Origin: an uncultured Verrucomicrobiae bacterium
GTDB taxonomy: Bacteria; Verrucomicrobiota; Verrucomicrobiia; Chthoniobacterales; Chthoniobacteraceae
Reading direction: 5' to 3'
DNA: 64,000 nt
NCBI GenBank assembly: GCA_963828525.1
Contig: CAWHEP010000003.1
Location: 1-64,000 of the forward strand
Position numbers and translations under genes: made by a program. Below the pieces are notes generated by a model. The model made no database searches. It was not told the origin of the DNA and saw only the letters and a list, made by a program, of their open reading frames with translations. Below are positions 31,935 through 44,113 of this stretch, in pieces (position 1 is the stretch's first letter; each line of letters starts with the position of its first letter).

Positions 31935-32360
31935 ATGGCAACCCTGCGCCTCGATATCGTCACACCGGAAGCAAAGACTTTTTCCGATGATGTGGACATG
32001 GTCGTCCTCCCCGGAATTGAGGGAGAAATGGGCATCCTGCCAATGCATGTGCCGCTGATGACGCAATTGGCACCGGGCGAGTTGAAGGTGACGCGCAAGG
32101 GACAAGAGTTCTACCTTGCCGTCGGGGAGGGATTCGTGGAGATCACGCAAACATCTGTTTCGGTATTGACCGATATGGCTGTGAAAGAGGACGCCATTGA
32201 TGAAAACGCCGTACAGACGGCAATCCAGCGGGCCCAGACTGCCTTGGCCGACAAGAATTTGGCTGGGGAAGAGTTGGCCTCTGTCGAGGCAAGCCTGCAG
32301 AGGTCGCTTGCGCAGTTACACGTGAAGCGGCGCAGGGCGGGCGGTGGGGCGGTTAGGTAG
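31935..32360 (+). CDS. atpC: ATP synthase F1 subunit epsilon
   Basis: IVTPE, GEMGILPMHVP. Confidence 0.96.
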   Translation: MATLRLDIVTPEAKTFSDDVDMVVLPGIEGEMGILPMHVPLMTQLAPGELKVTRKGQEFYLAVGEGFVEITQTSVSVLTDMAVKEDAIDENAVQTAIQRAQTALADKNLAGEELASVEASLQRSLAQLHVKRRRAGGGAVR

Positions 32361-32456
32361 AACAGGCGAGGCAGTTTTTAGCCGCTTGCCTCCGTGTCTT
32401 GGGCTACGGGCGCAACTGTAGCGGAACTCCAACATCGCCAGCCAGTCGCGCTTTGT

Positions 32457-33068
32457 TCAGGATATGGGCTCGTGCAGCGAGACCCTTGGCACGGGGCGCA
32501 TCACGCGCCACAGGAAATACAATGCAATCAGGGCGATGATAGTGAGCACGGTCTTGCTCACCAGCAGCGTGTGGAATTCGGCTCCCGCTCCGCTAAAGAA
32601 CGAAGGGCTCGCCCAATACTCAAAGATTGTGAAACCAGCGATCACAATGGACAGTCCTGGCCAAACGGCTCGGAAGCGATACAGAAGCGCGCCCAACACG
32701 ACGAGGAAGGAGCCAAACGCCGTGAAAATCCATAGATCGCGGAACTCGCGACTCTTCGTCTCGCGCTCGGATATTTCCGCGCTAAGCGCTTCCTTCTTCT
32801 GGTAGAGATCGTCGTGCTCTTGCCGGATGTCGCGCGCCTGTTTCCAACCCTTGTCCTTCTCGAGGCCGCGTATCTCCTCGTTGACCTTGCGATACTCGTC
32901 CACCAGTAGCCCAACGTCCCTCTCGGATCGCGCCTTGGCTTTCTCAGGAGCGAACTGATCCAAAACAGAAGACTCAGAACCCCAGATTAATTGATGAACG
33001 TCACGCCCGCTCTGGGTAATAAAGATGACATTTGCAATTACGAACAATGTGATCAGGAGTGGCTTCAT
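32457..33068 (-). CDS. Hypothetical membrane protein
   Basis: N-terminal hydrophobic helix, charged coiled coil, three C-terminal TM segments. Confidence 0.7.
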   Translation of the reverse strand: MKPLLITLFVIANVIFITQSGRDVHQLIWGSESSVLDQFAPEKAKARSERDVGLLVDEYRKVNEEIRGLEKDKGWKQARDIRQEHDDLYQKKEALSAEISERETKSREFRDLWIFTAFGSFLVVLGALLYRFRAVWPGLSIVIAGFTIFEYWASPSFFSGAGAEFHTLLVSKTVLTIIALIALYFLWRVMRPVPRVSLHEPIS

Positions 33069-33301
33069 GGTAGCTGCTTCCGAGAGGGTATGCCGAGACA
33101 GCGCGCAAGGGAAGAACGACTCGCAGACGCCAGAGGTCGCAATTGGGCAGAGGCAGCGTCCGATATACACCAGTTGCCCTCGCTGACTCTGCGCACGGCA
33201 TGAAAGATGCTAGAACCCACTTGAGAGTGATGCTCCCCGATGGTCGGGCGCGTCCCAAAATACACACAAAGCAAAATAGGAAGACGGCGAAAGCTCCGTG
33301 A

Positions 33302-35710
33302 ATGAGAAACTGGTTCCATAAGCTCAAAATCGCGCAGAAACTGATGCTAATCAGCGTCTTCTTCGTGATGCCCGACTCGGTGATGCTCTATCTCTTCATC
33401 ACGGGCATTAATGCGAACATCGAGTTTGCGCGAATGGAGCAAGAGGGAAACCAGTTTCAACGACCCCTGGAAGAACTGTTGGAGCTGATTCCCCAACACC
33501 GGCAGCTTGCCCTACGGGCTGCCACAGGTGATCAGGAGGCGCTGGAGCAACTCCCTAAAACACAGGGGACGATCAACGCGACATTCGACGCGCTGGAGGA
33601 AGTCAATGCCCGCATCGGAGTGGAGCTTCAATTTACCGAAGAGGGTCTGGCGAAGAGAAAGCGGGAGCACTACCGACCCAGCAGCGTTCGGACGGAATGG
33701 CAGGAATTGACAGCAAGTCTGGCGCGCCTCACTCCCCCAGAAATAGCCGAGAGGCATGACCATTTGAAGACGGATGTGCGCGTGATGATCACCCACGCTG
33801 GCGATATGTCGAACCTGATTCTAGACCCGGATCTGGACAGCTACTATCTTATGGACGCGACATTGCTGGCACTCCCTCAGACCCAGGATCGTCTCGCCGA
33901 GGTCATGGCCCGTGGCGAGGCGGTGGTAAATGGGAAGCCTCTCTCGAATGCGGATCGGCAGCAGTTCGCCATCTACGCCACGCTGTTGAAGGAAGCGGAC
34001 ATGGAACGCATCAGCGGCAGCATCCAAACGGCGCTCAACGAGGACCCGAATTTTTACGGCATCAGCCCCACTCTGCAATCGCGAGTTCCCCCACCCTTGA
34101 AGGATTACGTCACAGATAACGAGAGATTTATCCACCTCACGGAGGAACTCGTGAATTCACCGCGAAGCGCGATTACCTCAGCCGTTTATCTTGAGGCGGG
34201 ACGGGCAACGCGCGACGCGAGCTTCAAATTGTGGCGGATCGCCGATGAGGAGGTGGACACGCTGCTGCAGAAGCGGATCGAGTCCTACCAGTGGCAACGG
34301 ACGAGGAGCCTTTTGGTCGCGGGGTGCGCCCTGCTGGCCGCCATCGGTTTCGTTACATTCATCACAAGAAGCATCAGCGGCCCGCTGCGGCAGCAAGCGG
34401 CTGAACTGCAGGCGGCAAATGACGCGTTGCAGTCGGAAATCTCTGAGCGGAGCCGTATCGAAGCGGCGCTGCGAACAGCGGAGGAACAATACCGCGGAAT
34501 CTTCGAGAACGCGGTCGAAGGCATCTACCAGACCTCGAAAGACGGGCATTATCTCGTGGCAAATCCGACCCTTGCCAGAATGTATGGGTATGACTCCGTA
34601 GCGGAGTTGCGGGCAAACATGACAGACATCGGAGCCCGTCTCTATGTTGACCCCCGTCGGCGCGCGGAGTTTGAGAAGCAGATCGGCCTGCACGACACTG
34701 TCCGCAGTTTTGAATCCCAGGTTCACCGCAAAGATGGAAGCGTTATCTGGATTTCCGAAAATGCCAGAGCGGTAAGGGACTCGTCGGGCGAGCTGCTTTA
34801 TTACGAGGGCAAGGTGGAGGACATCACCGAACGTAAAAAGAACGAGGCGGAGCTGGAACAACTGCACAGGCAGCTGATGGAGACTTCCCGTAACGCGGGG
34901 ATGGCGGAAGTTGCGACAGGTGTTCTGCATAACGTCGGGAACGTTTTGAACAGCGTAAACGTCTCCGCCATGCTCATCACCGACCGGTTGAGCAAATCAA
35001 AATCCGCTCACGTTACGCAGATTTCCGCCCTGCTTAAAGAGAATGAGTCAAATCTCGGCGTGTTCATAACCTCTGACCCGAGGGGGCGAAAACTCCCGGA
35101 TTTCATCCACACACTGGCAATACGATTATCCGTAGAGCAACGTGAACTGCTCGCGGAAGCGGAAGGCCTTAGAAAGAACATCGGCCATATCAAAGACATC
35201 GTCTCGGTTCAGCAAAACTACGCCAAGGTGTCCGGTATCATCGAATCGCTGCCTCCCTCCGGGTTGGTTGAGGACGCCCTTCAAATGAACGCGGCTGCTT
35301 TCGACCGTCACAATATCGACGTCGTGCGGGAATTTGCGGAAGTGCCAGATGTTCGGGCGGATAAGCACAAAGTTCTCCAGATACTTGTAAACGTGGTGAG
35401 GAACGCAAAGTTTGCGGTCAGCGAAAGGCCAACCAAGGAGAAGCGCATCGCCGTTAGGATCGGAATCAATGGGAACAACCGCGTGAAAATCTCGGTGGCG
35501 GACAATGGGATCGGCATAGCCCCTGAAAACCTGACCCGCATCTTCGCGCACGGCTTCACCACGCGGAAAGATGGTCACGGCTTTGGTCTTCATACGTCCG
35601 CGTTGGCGGCGAAAGAGCTGGGAGGCTCCCTGACGGCTTACAGTGAAGGTCCCGGTCTTGGGGCGACATTCACGCTGGAACTTCCGGTGGAAAACAAGGC
35701 GAGCAGCTAA
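33302..35710 (+). CDS. Membrane sensor histidine kinase (large periplasmic domain, PAS, HisKA, HATPase)
   Basis: Two TM helices flanking a domain with [44 protein letters not shown]. Confidence 0.93.
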   Translation: MRNWFHKLKIAQKLMLISVFFVMPDSVMLYLFITGINANIEFARMEQEGNQFQRPLEELLELIPQHRQLALRAATGDQEALEQLPKTQGTINATFDALEEVNARIGVELQFTEEGLAKRKREHYRPSSVRTEWQELTASLARLTPPEIAERHDHLKTDVRVMITHAGDMSNLILDPDLDSYYLMDATLLALPQTQDRLAEVMARGEAVVNGKPLSNADRQQFAIYATLLKEADMERISGSIQTALNEDPNFYGISPTLQSRVPPPLKDYVTDNERFIHLTEELVNSPRSAITSAVYLEAGRATRDASFKLWRIADEEVDTLLQKRIESYQWQRTRSLLVAGCALLAAIGFVTFITRSISGPLRQQAAELQAANDALQSEISERSRIEAALRTAEEQYRGIFENAVEGIYQTSKDGHYLVANPTLARMYGYDSVAELRANMTDIGARLYVDPRRRAEFEKQIGLHDTVRSFESQVHRKDGSVIWISENARAVRDSSGELLYYEGKVEDITERKKNEAELEQLHRQLMETSRNAGMAEVATGVLHNVGNVLNSVNVSAMLITDRLSKSKSAHVTQISALLKENESNLGVFITSDPRGRKLPDFIHTLAIRLSVEQRELLAEAEGLRKNIGHIKDIVSVQQNYAKVSGIIESLPPSGLVEDALQMNAAAFDRHNIDVVREFAEVPDVRADKHKVLQILVNVVRNAKFAVSERPTKEKRIAVRIGINGNNRVKISVADNGIGIAPENLTRIFAHGFTTRKDGHGFGLHTSALAAKELGGSLTAYSEGPGLGATFTLELPVENKASS

Positions 35711-35715
35711 CTGCG

Positions 35716-37869
35716 ATGCAAACACAGCCACACTCGCGCCCGCTGCCGACTGAAAGCAGCAACCAGCGCATCCTCATCATCGATGACAATACATCGATTC
35801 ATGAGGACATTCGGAAGATCCTTGGTGTGCAAGCGAAGGAGGATGAGGCGCTGGATACTGAAGCAGCCGATCTCTTCGGATCCGAGATCGAGGTGATGCA
35901 AGACGTGGCGTTCGAAATCGACTCTGCCTTTCAGGGCCAGGAGGGTCTCGCGATGGCACAACGAGCGCTGGATGAGGGACGTCCCTATGCCATGGCGTTC
36001 GTGGATGTGCGAATGCCGCCCGGGTGGGATGGGATCGAGACCATTAGCCGTATCTGGAAATTTAACCCTGAGTTGCAGATCGTGATCTGCACCGCCTATT
36101 CGGACTATTCGTGGGCCGAAATGATACGGCAGGTGGGAAAAACGGACAACCTGGTGATCTTGAAAAAGCCTTTCGATAACGTAGAGGTCCTGCAACTCGC
36201 TCACACGCTGACGCGCAAGTGGGCGCTGAGCCACAGGCTGCAATGCCACCTCGAGGGCCTCGATCAACTAGTCGCGCGCCGCACCGAGGAGCTGCAGTCC
36301 ACAAACGCCCGGCTGCGCGACGAGATGAAAGAACGCGAGCACGCGCAAGCGGAATTGCGTGTTTCCGAGGAGCGCTTCTCCAAGGCCTTCCAGGCAAGCC
36401 CGATTCCGATGGCGATCCAATCCCTCGAAACTGAGCGTTATCTGGATGTAAACGATGCGTTTGTGGCTGTGACAGGGTTTCCGCGTTTCGAGATCATCAG
36501 TCGCACATCGCAAGAATTGCGCCTCTGCACAGCGCCTCATGTTCACGCAGATCTCTTGGAGCAGCTTCGCCAAACAAAATCAGTTCGCAATTTTGAACTT
36601 CAAATTCAAAGTCAGACAGGAGATGTCCGGGAGTGCGTCGTATCGGCGGAGGCCTTCACATTGGGCACGGTTCTGGTCGCCCTGGTCGCGGCGCTGGATG
36701 TGAGCGAGCAGCGGCGTCTCGAGAAGCAACTCAGGCATACCCAAAAGTTGGAGGCGGTCGGACAGCTTGCCGCCGGAATCGCGCACGATTTCAATAATAT
36801 ACTCACGGTCATCCTCGGGCATACCGGTCTCCAACTGACCGCTGCCAATCTGGATGAAGACATGGCGGACTCGCTGCGACAGATGACGCAAGCAGGCGAG
36901 CGCGCGGCGGCGCTTACGCGGCAGTTGCTCGCGTTCAGTCGCAAGCAGATGATGCAGCCTCAGTTATTGCGTCTGGATCACGTCGTCGAGAATCTGCGCG
37001 ATATGCTTAGCCGCGTCATCGGCGAGCACATAACCCTGAAATGTGAGTTTGAGGAAAATATTCCGCCTATTTACGCCGACGAGGGAAACGTCGAGCAGAT
37101 CATCATGAATCTGGTCGTCAATGCTCGTGACGCCATGCCAAACGGGGGCCATCTCACAGTTGGCATTGCTGCCACCGAGATTACCCCCGCGCAAATCAGC
37201 CGCAATCCGCAGGCCCGCGCGGGGCGCTATGTATGTCTGACCGTCGCCGATGACGGCTGCGGTATGAGTCCTGAAACGCTTAACCACATGTTCGAGCCGT
37301 TTTTTACAACGAAGGAGGTCGGCAAAGGCACGGGCCTGGGGCTGGCGACGGTACATGGCATCGTGGCTCAGCAAGGCGGCTGGGTACAGGTGTCGAGCAC
37401 CGTCGGTGAAGGATCCGCGTTCAAGGCTTACATGCCGGCAAGCACCGGAACGGAAGGTGAACAGAAGGCCGAGGAAACGGATTGCGCTCCGCGCGGCGGC
37501 ACCGAGACCATCCTCGTGGTTGAAGATGAGGATGGAGTTCGCGGTATCATCACAGACACGCTCATCCGCCGCGGCTACCAGGTGCTCGAGGCATCCAACG
37601 GCCCGGAGGCAATTGATATCTGGGCGAAACGAAACCAGGAGATCGACATGCTTCTGACGGACGTGGTGATGCCAAAAGGGATGAAGGGGAATGTTTTGGC
37701 TGAACGGTTGCGCACAGATCGCTCCAACCTAAAGGTGCTTTTCTCCAGCGGTTACAACACAGACCTCTCAGGGCACATGGGACAATTCACGCCATCCACC
37801 AATTTCCTTCAAAAGCCCTACAAGCCCGAGGCTCTTGCAAGGGCGGTGAGAGATTGCCTGGACGCCTGA
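35716..37869 (+). CDS. Hybrid histidine kinase (REC-PAS-HisKA-HATPase-REC)
   Basis: [10 protein letters not shown] receiver; [27 protein letters not shown]-terminal receiver. Confidence 0.93.
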   Translation: MQTQPHSRPLPTESSNQRILIIDDNTSIHEDIRKILGVQAKEDEALDTEAADLFGSEIEVMQDVAFEIDSAFQGQEGLAMAQRALDEGRPYAMAFVDVRMPPGWDGIETISRIWKFNPELQIVICTAYSDYSWAEMIRQVGKTDNLVILKKPFDNVEVLQLAHTLTRKWALSHRLQCHLEGLDQLVARRTEELQSTNARLRDEMKEREHAQAELRVSEERFSKAFQASPIPMAIQSLETERYLDVNDAFVAVTGFPRFEIISRTSQELRLCTAPHVHADLLEQLRQTKSVRNFELQIQSQTGDVRECVVSAEAFTLGTVLVALVAALDVSEQRRLEKQLRHTQKLEAVGQLAAGIAHDFNNILTVILGHTGLQLTAANLDEDMADSLRQMTQAGERAAALTRQLLAFSRKQMMQPQLLRLDHVVENLRDMLSRVIGEHITLKCEFEENIPPIYADEGNVEQIIMNLVVNARDAMPNGGHLTVGIAATEITPAQISRNPQARAGRYVCLTVADDGCGMSPETLNHMFEPFFTTKEVGKGTGLGLATVHGIVAQQGGWVQVSSTVGEGSAFKAYMPASTGTEGEQKAEETDCAPRGGTETILVVEDEDGVRGIITDTLIRRGYQVLEASNGPEAIDIWAKRNQEIDMLLTDVVMPKGMKGNVLAERLRTDRSNLKVLFSSGYNTDLSGHMGQFTPSTNFLQKPYKPEALARAVRDCLDA

Positions 37870-37935
37870 TTATCGCCCCTCTCTGTAAGGTGTTTTAGTT
37901 TGCTTGCTGAGTGCTCATCCGCTACGATCTGCGGG

Positions 37936-39010
37936 ATGAGCGGGCGCTTGCCACATCCCACTCGCAGGAAGGCGCTGGCTGGACTGTGCGTCGTGGGGCT
38001 GGTGCTCATCGCCTTGCGCGCGGAGGCGGCAGTGGAAGATGATTGGCGAACCATCCTGAGCTTCGATGCTCCTTCGTCCGAGCAATTTCGAACCCGCGAG
38101 GATGTCCGGCGAGTTGCTGTCGCAAAGCTCAACCAGCAAGAACCGGCGCTGCGCTCATTTATCTCCCAGGTATCCCGCGGACCCGAGATCCGTGGATGCC
38201 AGACTCCGCCTTGCGCATCTGCTTGCCGTTCGGAGTGATCTTCAGAACACGCCCAACGCCTTTAAGGAGGCGCTTCAACTCCTTGAAGCGATGGAGAATG
38301 ATCCGACCATCCCATCTGAACGGCGACCAGACGCCGCCTTTGCGACTCTTTCGCTCAAGATGCGGAGGTTGGTCGATCCCTCCGACACTCAGCGGGATGA
38401 AATAGTGAGCGAAGCGCGACAATTCGAACACAAGTACCCAGGAGATCGTCGACTGGCGCCGCTATTCGCGGAGCTGGCAGGACTCTACGACTCGCGTCCA
38501 GTAACGAAAAAGTCTCTGCTGGACGAAGCGCTGCGTAACAACCCGAATGAAGCCGTTTCGGGTCGGATCAGTGACGATCTCAAACGCCTGGCCCTACTCG
38601 GCAGACCAGTTCCCCTCAAGTTCACTTCAATTCAAGGCGAAGCCGTGAATTCACACAGCTTCGAAGGCAAAGTTGTACTCGTCTATTTCTTTGCGAGTTG
38701 GTCCCCCCAATCCATCACTGGTTTGGGCGTGGTAAAAGAGGTTCTCGGACAGTTTTCTAATAGCGAAGTGCAGCCGCTAGGCGTCAGCCTGGATGTAAAT
38801 AGACCCACGCTCATGGCGGCGCTCAGCACCTACAAGATCGCGTGGCCTATTTGTTACGAAGGGAAAGGGTGGCAGGGCCCGCTCGTGAGATCTCTCGGGA
38901 TCAATGCCGTTCCGACAGTATGGATCTTCGATCGCAAGGGAAATCTCCGGACACTTAGCGCGCGGGATGAAGCGGAAGGCATCATCCGCGGCCTTTTGCG
39001 CGAGCCTTAG
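37936..39010 (+). CDS. Exported helical-repeat + TlpA/redoxin-fold protein lacking CxxC (frameshift near 38166)
   Basis: Signal/TM ORF joins the downstream ORF; GKVVLVYFFASWSPQS; GINAVPT. Confidence 0.8.
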
Positions 39011-39090
39011 TGGAGAGACCCATTCCCCCGGAAGATCAGCAGCGGTCTTAGGCGGTTTATTCCGCGCCGCACTAGTTGTTTTAAGGCGCG

Positions 39091-40056
39091 CTATCCGCCA
39101 ACTTCGGCGCGCGCTTCATCAGCGAGCGGGGTGCTAAGATACCGCTCTCCGGTCGAGCATGCTACGGTGACGATCAACTTTCCCTTGTTCTCGGGCCGCC
39201 TCGCAACCTGGATTGCCGCGACAACATTCGCGCCCGAACTGATCCCCGCCAGGATGCCTTCCTCCTTCGCGAGGCGCCGGGCCATGGCGAACGCTTCATC
39301 GTTCGTAACCGTTATGACTTCGTCCACGATTCCGAGATGCAGATTCGTCGGAACGAAGCCGGCTCCCGTGCCCTGTATCTTATGGGGCCCCGGCTTAACA
39401 GGCTCTCCTCGCATGGTCTGGCCTATGACGGGTGAATCCTTTGGCTCAACGGCAATCGCCTTAAACTCCGGTTTGCGTTGTTTGATAACTTCGGCGACGC
39501 CTGTGATCGTTCCGCCGGTACCGACCGCGGAAACCAGGAAATCAATCTTTCCGTCGGTGTCCTCCCACAGTTCCAGCGCAGTCGTTTTGGAGTGGATTTC
39601 CGGATTCGCCGGATTATTGAACTGCTGCGGCATCCAACCATTTGGGGTGTTTTTTACAAGATCTCCGGCGCGAGCGATTGCGCCCTTCATCCCTTCGCTC
39701 CCGGGGGTGAGCACCAGTTTAGCGCCGAGCATTGCCAGCAGCGTGCGCCTCTCCACGCTCATGGTCTCAGGCATCGTGAGAATAAGTTTGTAACCCTTTG
39801 CGGCGGCGACAAACGCGAGGGCGATGCCCGTATTGCCGCTGGTAGGCTCGATTATGACGGTGTCTTTCGTGAGGGTGCCGTCTCTCTCCGCGGCTTCAAT
39901 CATGGCCATTCCGATACGGTCTTTCACGCTGCCAAGCGGATTGAAAAATTCGCATTTGAGGGCAATGGTCGCTTCGATGTCGCCGACGACGCGATTAAGT
40001 TGAACGAGAGGAGTGCGCCCGACGGTTTCGACGATGTTTTTGTATATCTTGCCCAT
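39091..40056 (-). CDS. cysK: Cysteine synthase A
   Basis: [30 protein letters not shown]. Confidence 0.96.
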   Translation of the reverse strand: MGKIYKNIVETVGRTPLVQLNRVVGDIEATIALKCEFFNPLGSVKDRIGMAMIEAAERDGTLTKDTVIIEPTSGNTGIALAFVAAAKGYKLILTMPETMSVERRTLLAMLGAKLVLTPGSEGMKGAIARAGDLVKNTPNGWMPQQFNNPANPEIHSKTTALELWEDTDGKIDFLVSAVGTGGTITGVAEVIKQRKPEFKAIAVEPKDSPVIGQTMRGEPVKPGPHKIQGTGAGFVPTNLHLGIVDEVITVTNDEAFAMARRLAKEEGILAGISSGANVVAAIQVARRPENKGKLIVTVACSTGERYLSTPLADEARAEVGG

Positions 40057-40216
40057 GGATGGAGGATTAGGAGTTCAAAGCCTATTATACGCCCGTGTCG
40101 GAATGTTCAAGCGTGTTCGGAGTCGAAAACCGAATCAAAAGAAAAGAGGGAGGAATTCCACTTGAAAAGCAAAAGGGGAGTGTTAAAGCGAGAGTGAACT
40201 TAAGCAGAATCTTCAT

Positions 40217-40501
40217 ATGTCTGAACTACTGAGCGCGACCGAAATCAAAGAGTGGCTGAAAAAGGTGCCGGAATGGGAGCAGGACAAAAAGACCGTCGAA
40301 CGGACTTTTGAGTTCGACGACTTTTTCCAGGCTATCGATTTCGTGGACGCTGTCGCGGAGATCGCCGAGGAGCAGGAGCATCATCCCGACATCGACATCC
40401 GCTACAACAAGGTGCGAGTGGTTCTATCGACCCACAGCGAAGGCGGGCTGACAGACCTGGATTTCGAAACGGCAGAGAAGATCGATACACTGTCCGAGTA
40501 G
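40217..40501 (+). CDS. phhB: Pterin-4a-carbinolamine dehydratase
   Basis: AEEQEHHPDI, THSEGGLT..D. Confidence 0.92.
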   Translation: MSELLSATEIKEWLKKVPEWEQDKKTVERTFEFDDFFQAIDFVDAVAEIAEEQEHHPDIDIRYNKVRVVLSTHSEGGLTDLDFETAEKIDTLSE

Positions 40502-40680
40502 GCGTTTTCGAAGGTGGAGACCGCGCGCCAACCGTCCGCTCTGAGGACGGCTGCATGCGGCGTCGCTGTAGTGGCATTCTGCGCCTTGATATGGCTCATG
40601 ATCGAAAAGCGAACGGCGCCACCGCCGCCGCCGCGCCGGCTAATGCCTTTCGAGGTGCCTGCGCCTCACTGACGCGCCTT

Positions 40681-41871
40681 CTATAGCTTTTCGGGCTCCC
40701 CGAGCAGCGCCGCGACGCGGGAGAGCAGCCTTCCAGCGGCTCCCCCGTCCAAAACACGATGGTCGAAACTCAACGTGAGGTTCGCTTCATTAACGGGGAC
40801 AAAAGATTGTTTCGTGGCATCCCAGCTCGGCACGACCCGCCCAGCACCCATTCCCAAGACGAGGGTCTGCTCGGGTAACGGGATCGGTGTTGCCCATGTG
40901 AGGCCAAAAGTCCCGAAGTTCGTTACGGTCGCAATGGAACCACCCGTGGCCTTCGCTGGAAGGCGGCGCTGTCTGGCAAGCTCCACAAGGTCATTGTAAA
41001 GCGGAACAAGAACCCGGAGCGGCTTCTCGTCCACGTTGCGAAGAACCGGAACCAGAACGCCATCCTCAGCCTCCACGGCGAATCCGACATCTATTGACAC
41101 AGGGTGAACGACCCGCTCTCCAATAAGGCGGCCAGCCGGAGCGCGGTTTTCGGAAAGGGCGACTCCAAGCGCGCGCAACGCGTAGAGAGCAGGCCCCGGC
41201 TTGGGATTGGAATTACGCCTGTGCTCCAGCATAGGGGTCAGAATCAGCGGCAGCGCGACAGTGGCAATAGGTCTTGTCCAGCTCCGCCGCATCGCATCGG
41301 CCACCGCAACTCGCATGGGAGACGCGGGACTCATTTTGTTCTTGTCCAGCGCTGCCAGAAACTTCTCGAGGTCCTCCACTGTCACCCGGCCCGCTGCTCC
41401 GCTCCCCGCGATACCGGCGAGATCGACAGCTCGAAGACCGAGCTCATTCATGCGAGCTTTCATGCGCGGAGACATATAGCTTGCGCCCTTGCTATGGACT
41501 GGCACAGGCAATCCACGAACCGTTGGCTCCACGGCAGTGCTTGCCTGGGTTTCTGGCGGTGGAACCGCGATCTCGCCGACTGAGGAACTCGGAGCGTTTA
41601 TATTCAGGCCAAGTTTTTCAGCCTCTTCATCGGACGCTTCCAGGTAGCCCAGCGTGGCACCCACCGCATAACTTTGTTGGAGTTCCACGAGCAACTTTGT
41701 AAGCCGGCCGGGACACGGGGTGGTGACTCCCATGACAGCTTTGTTTGTTTCGACTTCGATGATTTCCTGATCCTCGGCGACTCGATCACCGATCTCGACG
41801 GCTATGCGGACGATTGTGGCTTCGGCTATGGACTCCCCAAGCTGAGGCATGATTATGGGAATTTGCGGCAT
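40681..41871 (-). CDS. 2-oxoacid dehydrogenase E2 (dihydrolipoamide acyltransferase)
   Basis: MPQLGESI...VETNKA lipoyl domain; GSGAAGRVTVED binding domain; DHRVLDG. Confidence 0.92.
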   Translation of the reverse strand: MPQIPIIMPQLGESIAEATIVRIAVEIGDRVAEDQEIIEVETNKAVMGVTTPCPGRLTKLLVELQQSYAVGATLGYLEASDEEAEKLGLNINAPSSSVGEIAVPPPETQASTAVEPTVRGLPVPVHSKGASYMSPRMKARMNELGLRAVDLAGIAGSGAAGRVTVEDLEKFLAALDKNKMSPASPMRVAVADAMRRSWTRPIATVALPLILTPMLEHRRNSNPKPGPALYALRALGVALSENRAPAGRLIGERVVHPVSIDVGFAVEAEDGVLVPVLRNVDEKPLRVLVPLYNDLVELARQRRLPAKATGGSIATVTNFGTFGLTWATPIPLPEQTLVLGMGAGRVVPSWDATKQSFVPVNEANLTLSFDHRVLDGGAAGRLLSRVAALLGEPEKL

Positions 41872-41882
41872 AAAGGTACGGC

Positions 41883-42848
41883 CTAAAGGCGGAGGAGATC
41901 GCGAACGGCTATGGCTATGGCTCTTGCGGTGGGGCGATGCGTGCCCCACAAATTGGGATGGAAGGGAACAGGGGTGTCCTTTGCATTCAGTCTTTGTGGC
42001 GGAACATCCAGAAGGCTGAATCCGTCGGTGGCGACCCGGGCGAGCACTTCCGCCGTGACTCCGCCCCAAGGGTAAGCTTCGCCCACCACCAGCAAGCGTC
42101 CGGTCCGGGCGACTGATGCCAGGACCGTATCAGTATCCAGCGGCTTCACCGTTCGCAGATCCACCACTTCGACCTCTGTTCCCTCGGTGGAGAGTTCACG
42201 CGCCATTTCGAGCGCTTCATGCACCATCGCGCTGTAAGCAACCACAGTCACGTCTCTGCCGGCCCTGGCAATCCGCGCTTTGCCCATTGGCTCAGCCTCG
42301 GTCGGAAGCCCGTCGGCTTTGAGGTGGTAATAGAGGTACTTGTGCTCACAAAAAATTACGGGGTCGTCGATAGCAACGGCTTCCAGCAACATGCTGTAAG
42401 CGTCTTCGACCGTCGCGGGAGTCATGACGACCAGCCCGGGATAGTGCGCGTACAAGGACTCCATGCTCTGGCTATGGAACGGGCCGCTGCCTTTAGTTCC
42501 ACCCGACGGCAATCGTATGGTAATCGGACACGGCACCTGCGTGCGCCAGTAAAGTGTCGCCGCATGATTCACAATCTGGTTGAAGCCGACTGTGGAGAAG
42601 TCGGCGTACTGCATTTCAATAATCGGGCGCATGCCCTCTATGGCAGCTCCAATCGCCGCGCCAATGATTGCGTCTTCACTAATCGGCGCATCCATCACCC
42701 GGCCCGGGAATTCCCTGGCGAGATTCTTTGTAGCTTTGAAAGCGCCACCAAACGCGCCGACGTCCTGTCCGTATATGAAAACACGCGGATCATCCGCGAG
42801 AGCTTTGGCCTGGGCCTCTCGGATTGCCTCGAGATACGTGATACTCAT
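41883..42848 (-). CDS. 2-oxoacid dehydrogenase E1 beta
   Basis: GQDVGAFGGAFK, DAPISE, GPFHSQ, DLRTVKPLD. Confidence 0.94.
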   Translation of the reverse strand: MSITYLEAIREAQAKALADDPRVFIYGQDVGAFGGAFKATKNLAREFPGRVMDAPISEDAIIGAAIGAAIEGMRPIIEMQYADFSTVGFNQIVNHAATLYWRTQVPCPITIRLPSGGTKGSGPFHSQSMESLYAHYPGLVVMTPATVEDAYSMLLEAVAIDDPVIFCEHKYLYYHLKADGLPTEAEPMGKARIARAGRDVTVVAYSAMVHEALEMARELSTEGTEVEVVDLRTVKPLDTDTVLASVARTGRLLVVGEAYPWGGVTAEVLARVATDGFSLLDVPPQRLNAKDTPVPFHPNLWGTHRPTARAIAIAVRDLLRL

Positions 42849-43873
42849 TCTGCTGCGAAACCGTCCCTGAGACGTTTTGATGCCAATGCGCACCAATCCT
42901 CTTTGTCTGGATCAGGGGCGGGCTCATGCTGCACGGCAGTGACCGCCTCCTCGACTTGATGGTGAGCGTCTTCCCGCCAGCGCGACAAATCGCCCGCATC
43001 GCACCAACCCTCGCGAAGCATGGACGATTCCGCCACATCCACGCAGTCCCTGCCGCAATGCGACTGCTTCAGCCGCGGATCAATGTACCCCGCGTCATCA
43101 TGCTCCCCGTGCCCGGCGAGACGAAGAAGGGAGGCTACAACCAGCTGTGGCCCACCACCCTGGCGCGCCGCGCCCACCGCCTCTCCCATCGTGATCAAAC
43201 AGGCTCCGAGCTCGGTGCCGTCCACTGAATGCCCGGTAATTCCGTAGCCTATCGCCTTGTCCACAAGATCGTCGCAGGCGAACTGACGCGACGTAGGTGT
43301 GGAGTAGGCGTATTGGTTATTTGCCACAACCATCACGAGGGGAAGCCGCTCCACAGCCGCTAAATTCAAGCCCTCGTGAAAGGCGCCGGTTGAAGTGCCG
43401 CCCTCGCCCAAGCTGGCCACGCCAACCGTCCCGGCGATGCCCTTCATGCGATGAGCAAGCAAGACCCCGGCGACCGCCGGAATCATCGCCCCGAGATGAC
43501 TAATCATGGCCAGGTAACCCTCTTTGGGACGCCCGCGATGCACATTTCCATCCCGCCCTCGCATCATTCCCAAAGGTGATCCGTAATAAGCGCGCGCCGC
43601 ATCGAGCAATGTCTCGCAAAAAGCAAGACGAGCCGCCTGGTCCCGAATGAGAGGCGCAATGACATCCCCTTTCCGCAGGCTTACGCCCACGGAGGCGCTC
43701 AAAGCCTCCTGCCCCCTGCCCACAAAAACACTTCCGGGCATCTTTCCGCTACGGTAAAGGCTTGCGAATTTTTCCTCCGCGATGCGCGCGAGCAGCATCC
43801 AACGGTAGGCTCTCAGAAATTGTTCCTTAAGCGCGCCGGATTCCAACCGCTCACGCAAGATGGCTTGAACCAT
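42845..43873 (-). CDS. 2-oxoacid dehydrogenase E1 alpha (TPP-dependent)
   Basis: GQEA, GEGGTSTG...NNQYAYS TPP motif, RLAGHGEHD. Confidence 0.93.
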   Translation of the reverse strand: MVQAILRERLESGALKEQFLRAYRWMLLARIAEEKFASLYRSGKMPGSVFVGRGQEALSASVGVSLRKGDVIAPLIRDQAARLAFCETLLDAARAYYGSPLGMMRGRDGNVHRGRPKEGYLAMISHLGAMIPAVAGVLLAHRMKGIAGTVGVASLGEGGTSTGAFHEGLNLAAVERLPLVMVVANNQYAYSTPTSRQFACDDLVDKAIGYGITGHSVDGTELGACLITMGEAVGAARQGGGPQLVVASLLRLAGHGEHDDAGYIDPRLKQSHCGRDCVDVAESSMLREGWCDAGDLSRWREDAHHQVEEAVTAVQHEPAPDPDKEDWCALASKRLRDGFAAE

Positions 43874-44113
43874 GGGTTCAGATTATGCGGTATGAAGCGA
43901 GCTGTGCAATCATTCCTTTCCCCTGCCCCGTGAGAAAAGACGCATCAGAAAGAGACGAACCGGTGTCAAGGACACTCATCGCCCGCCGAGCCGTCATATT
44001 CCTCTTTTTTGCCGCCTGTAACTATGCCGCGTATTATGCGCTGGCGCCGAAGCCTCTTGGGTTCCACTTTTCCACCCATTCCCAACCATCGGACTGGCCG
44101 CGTTCCCGCCCGT

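Noticed and set aside
40501..40680. GCC-rich stretch between convergent genes as a repeat or sRNA
   Set aside because: Short low-complexity run with no convincing structure.
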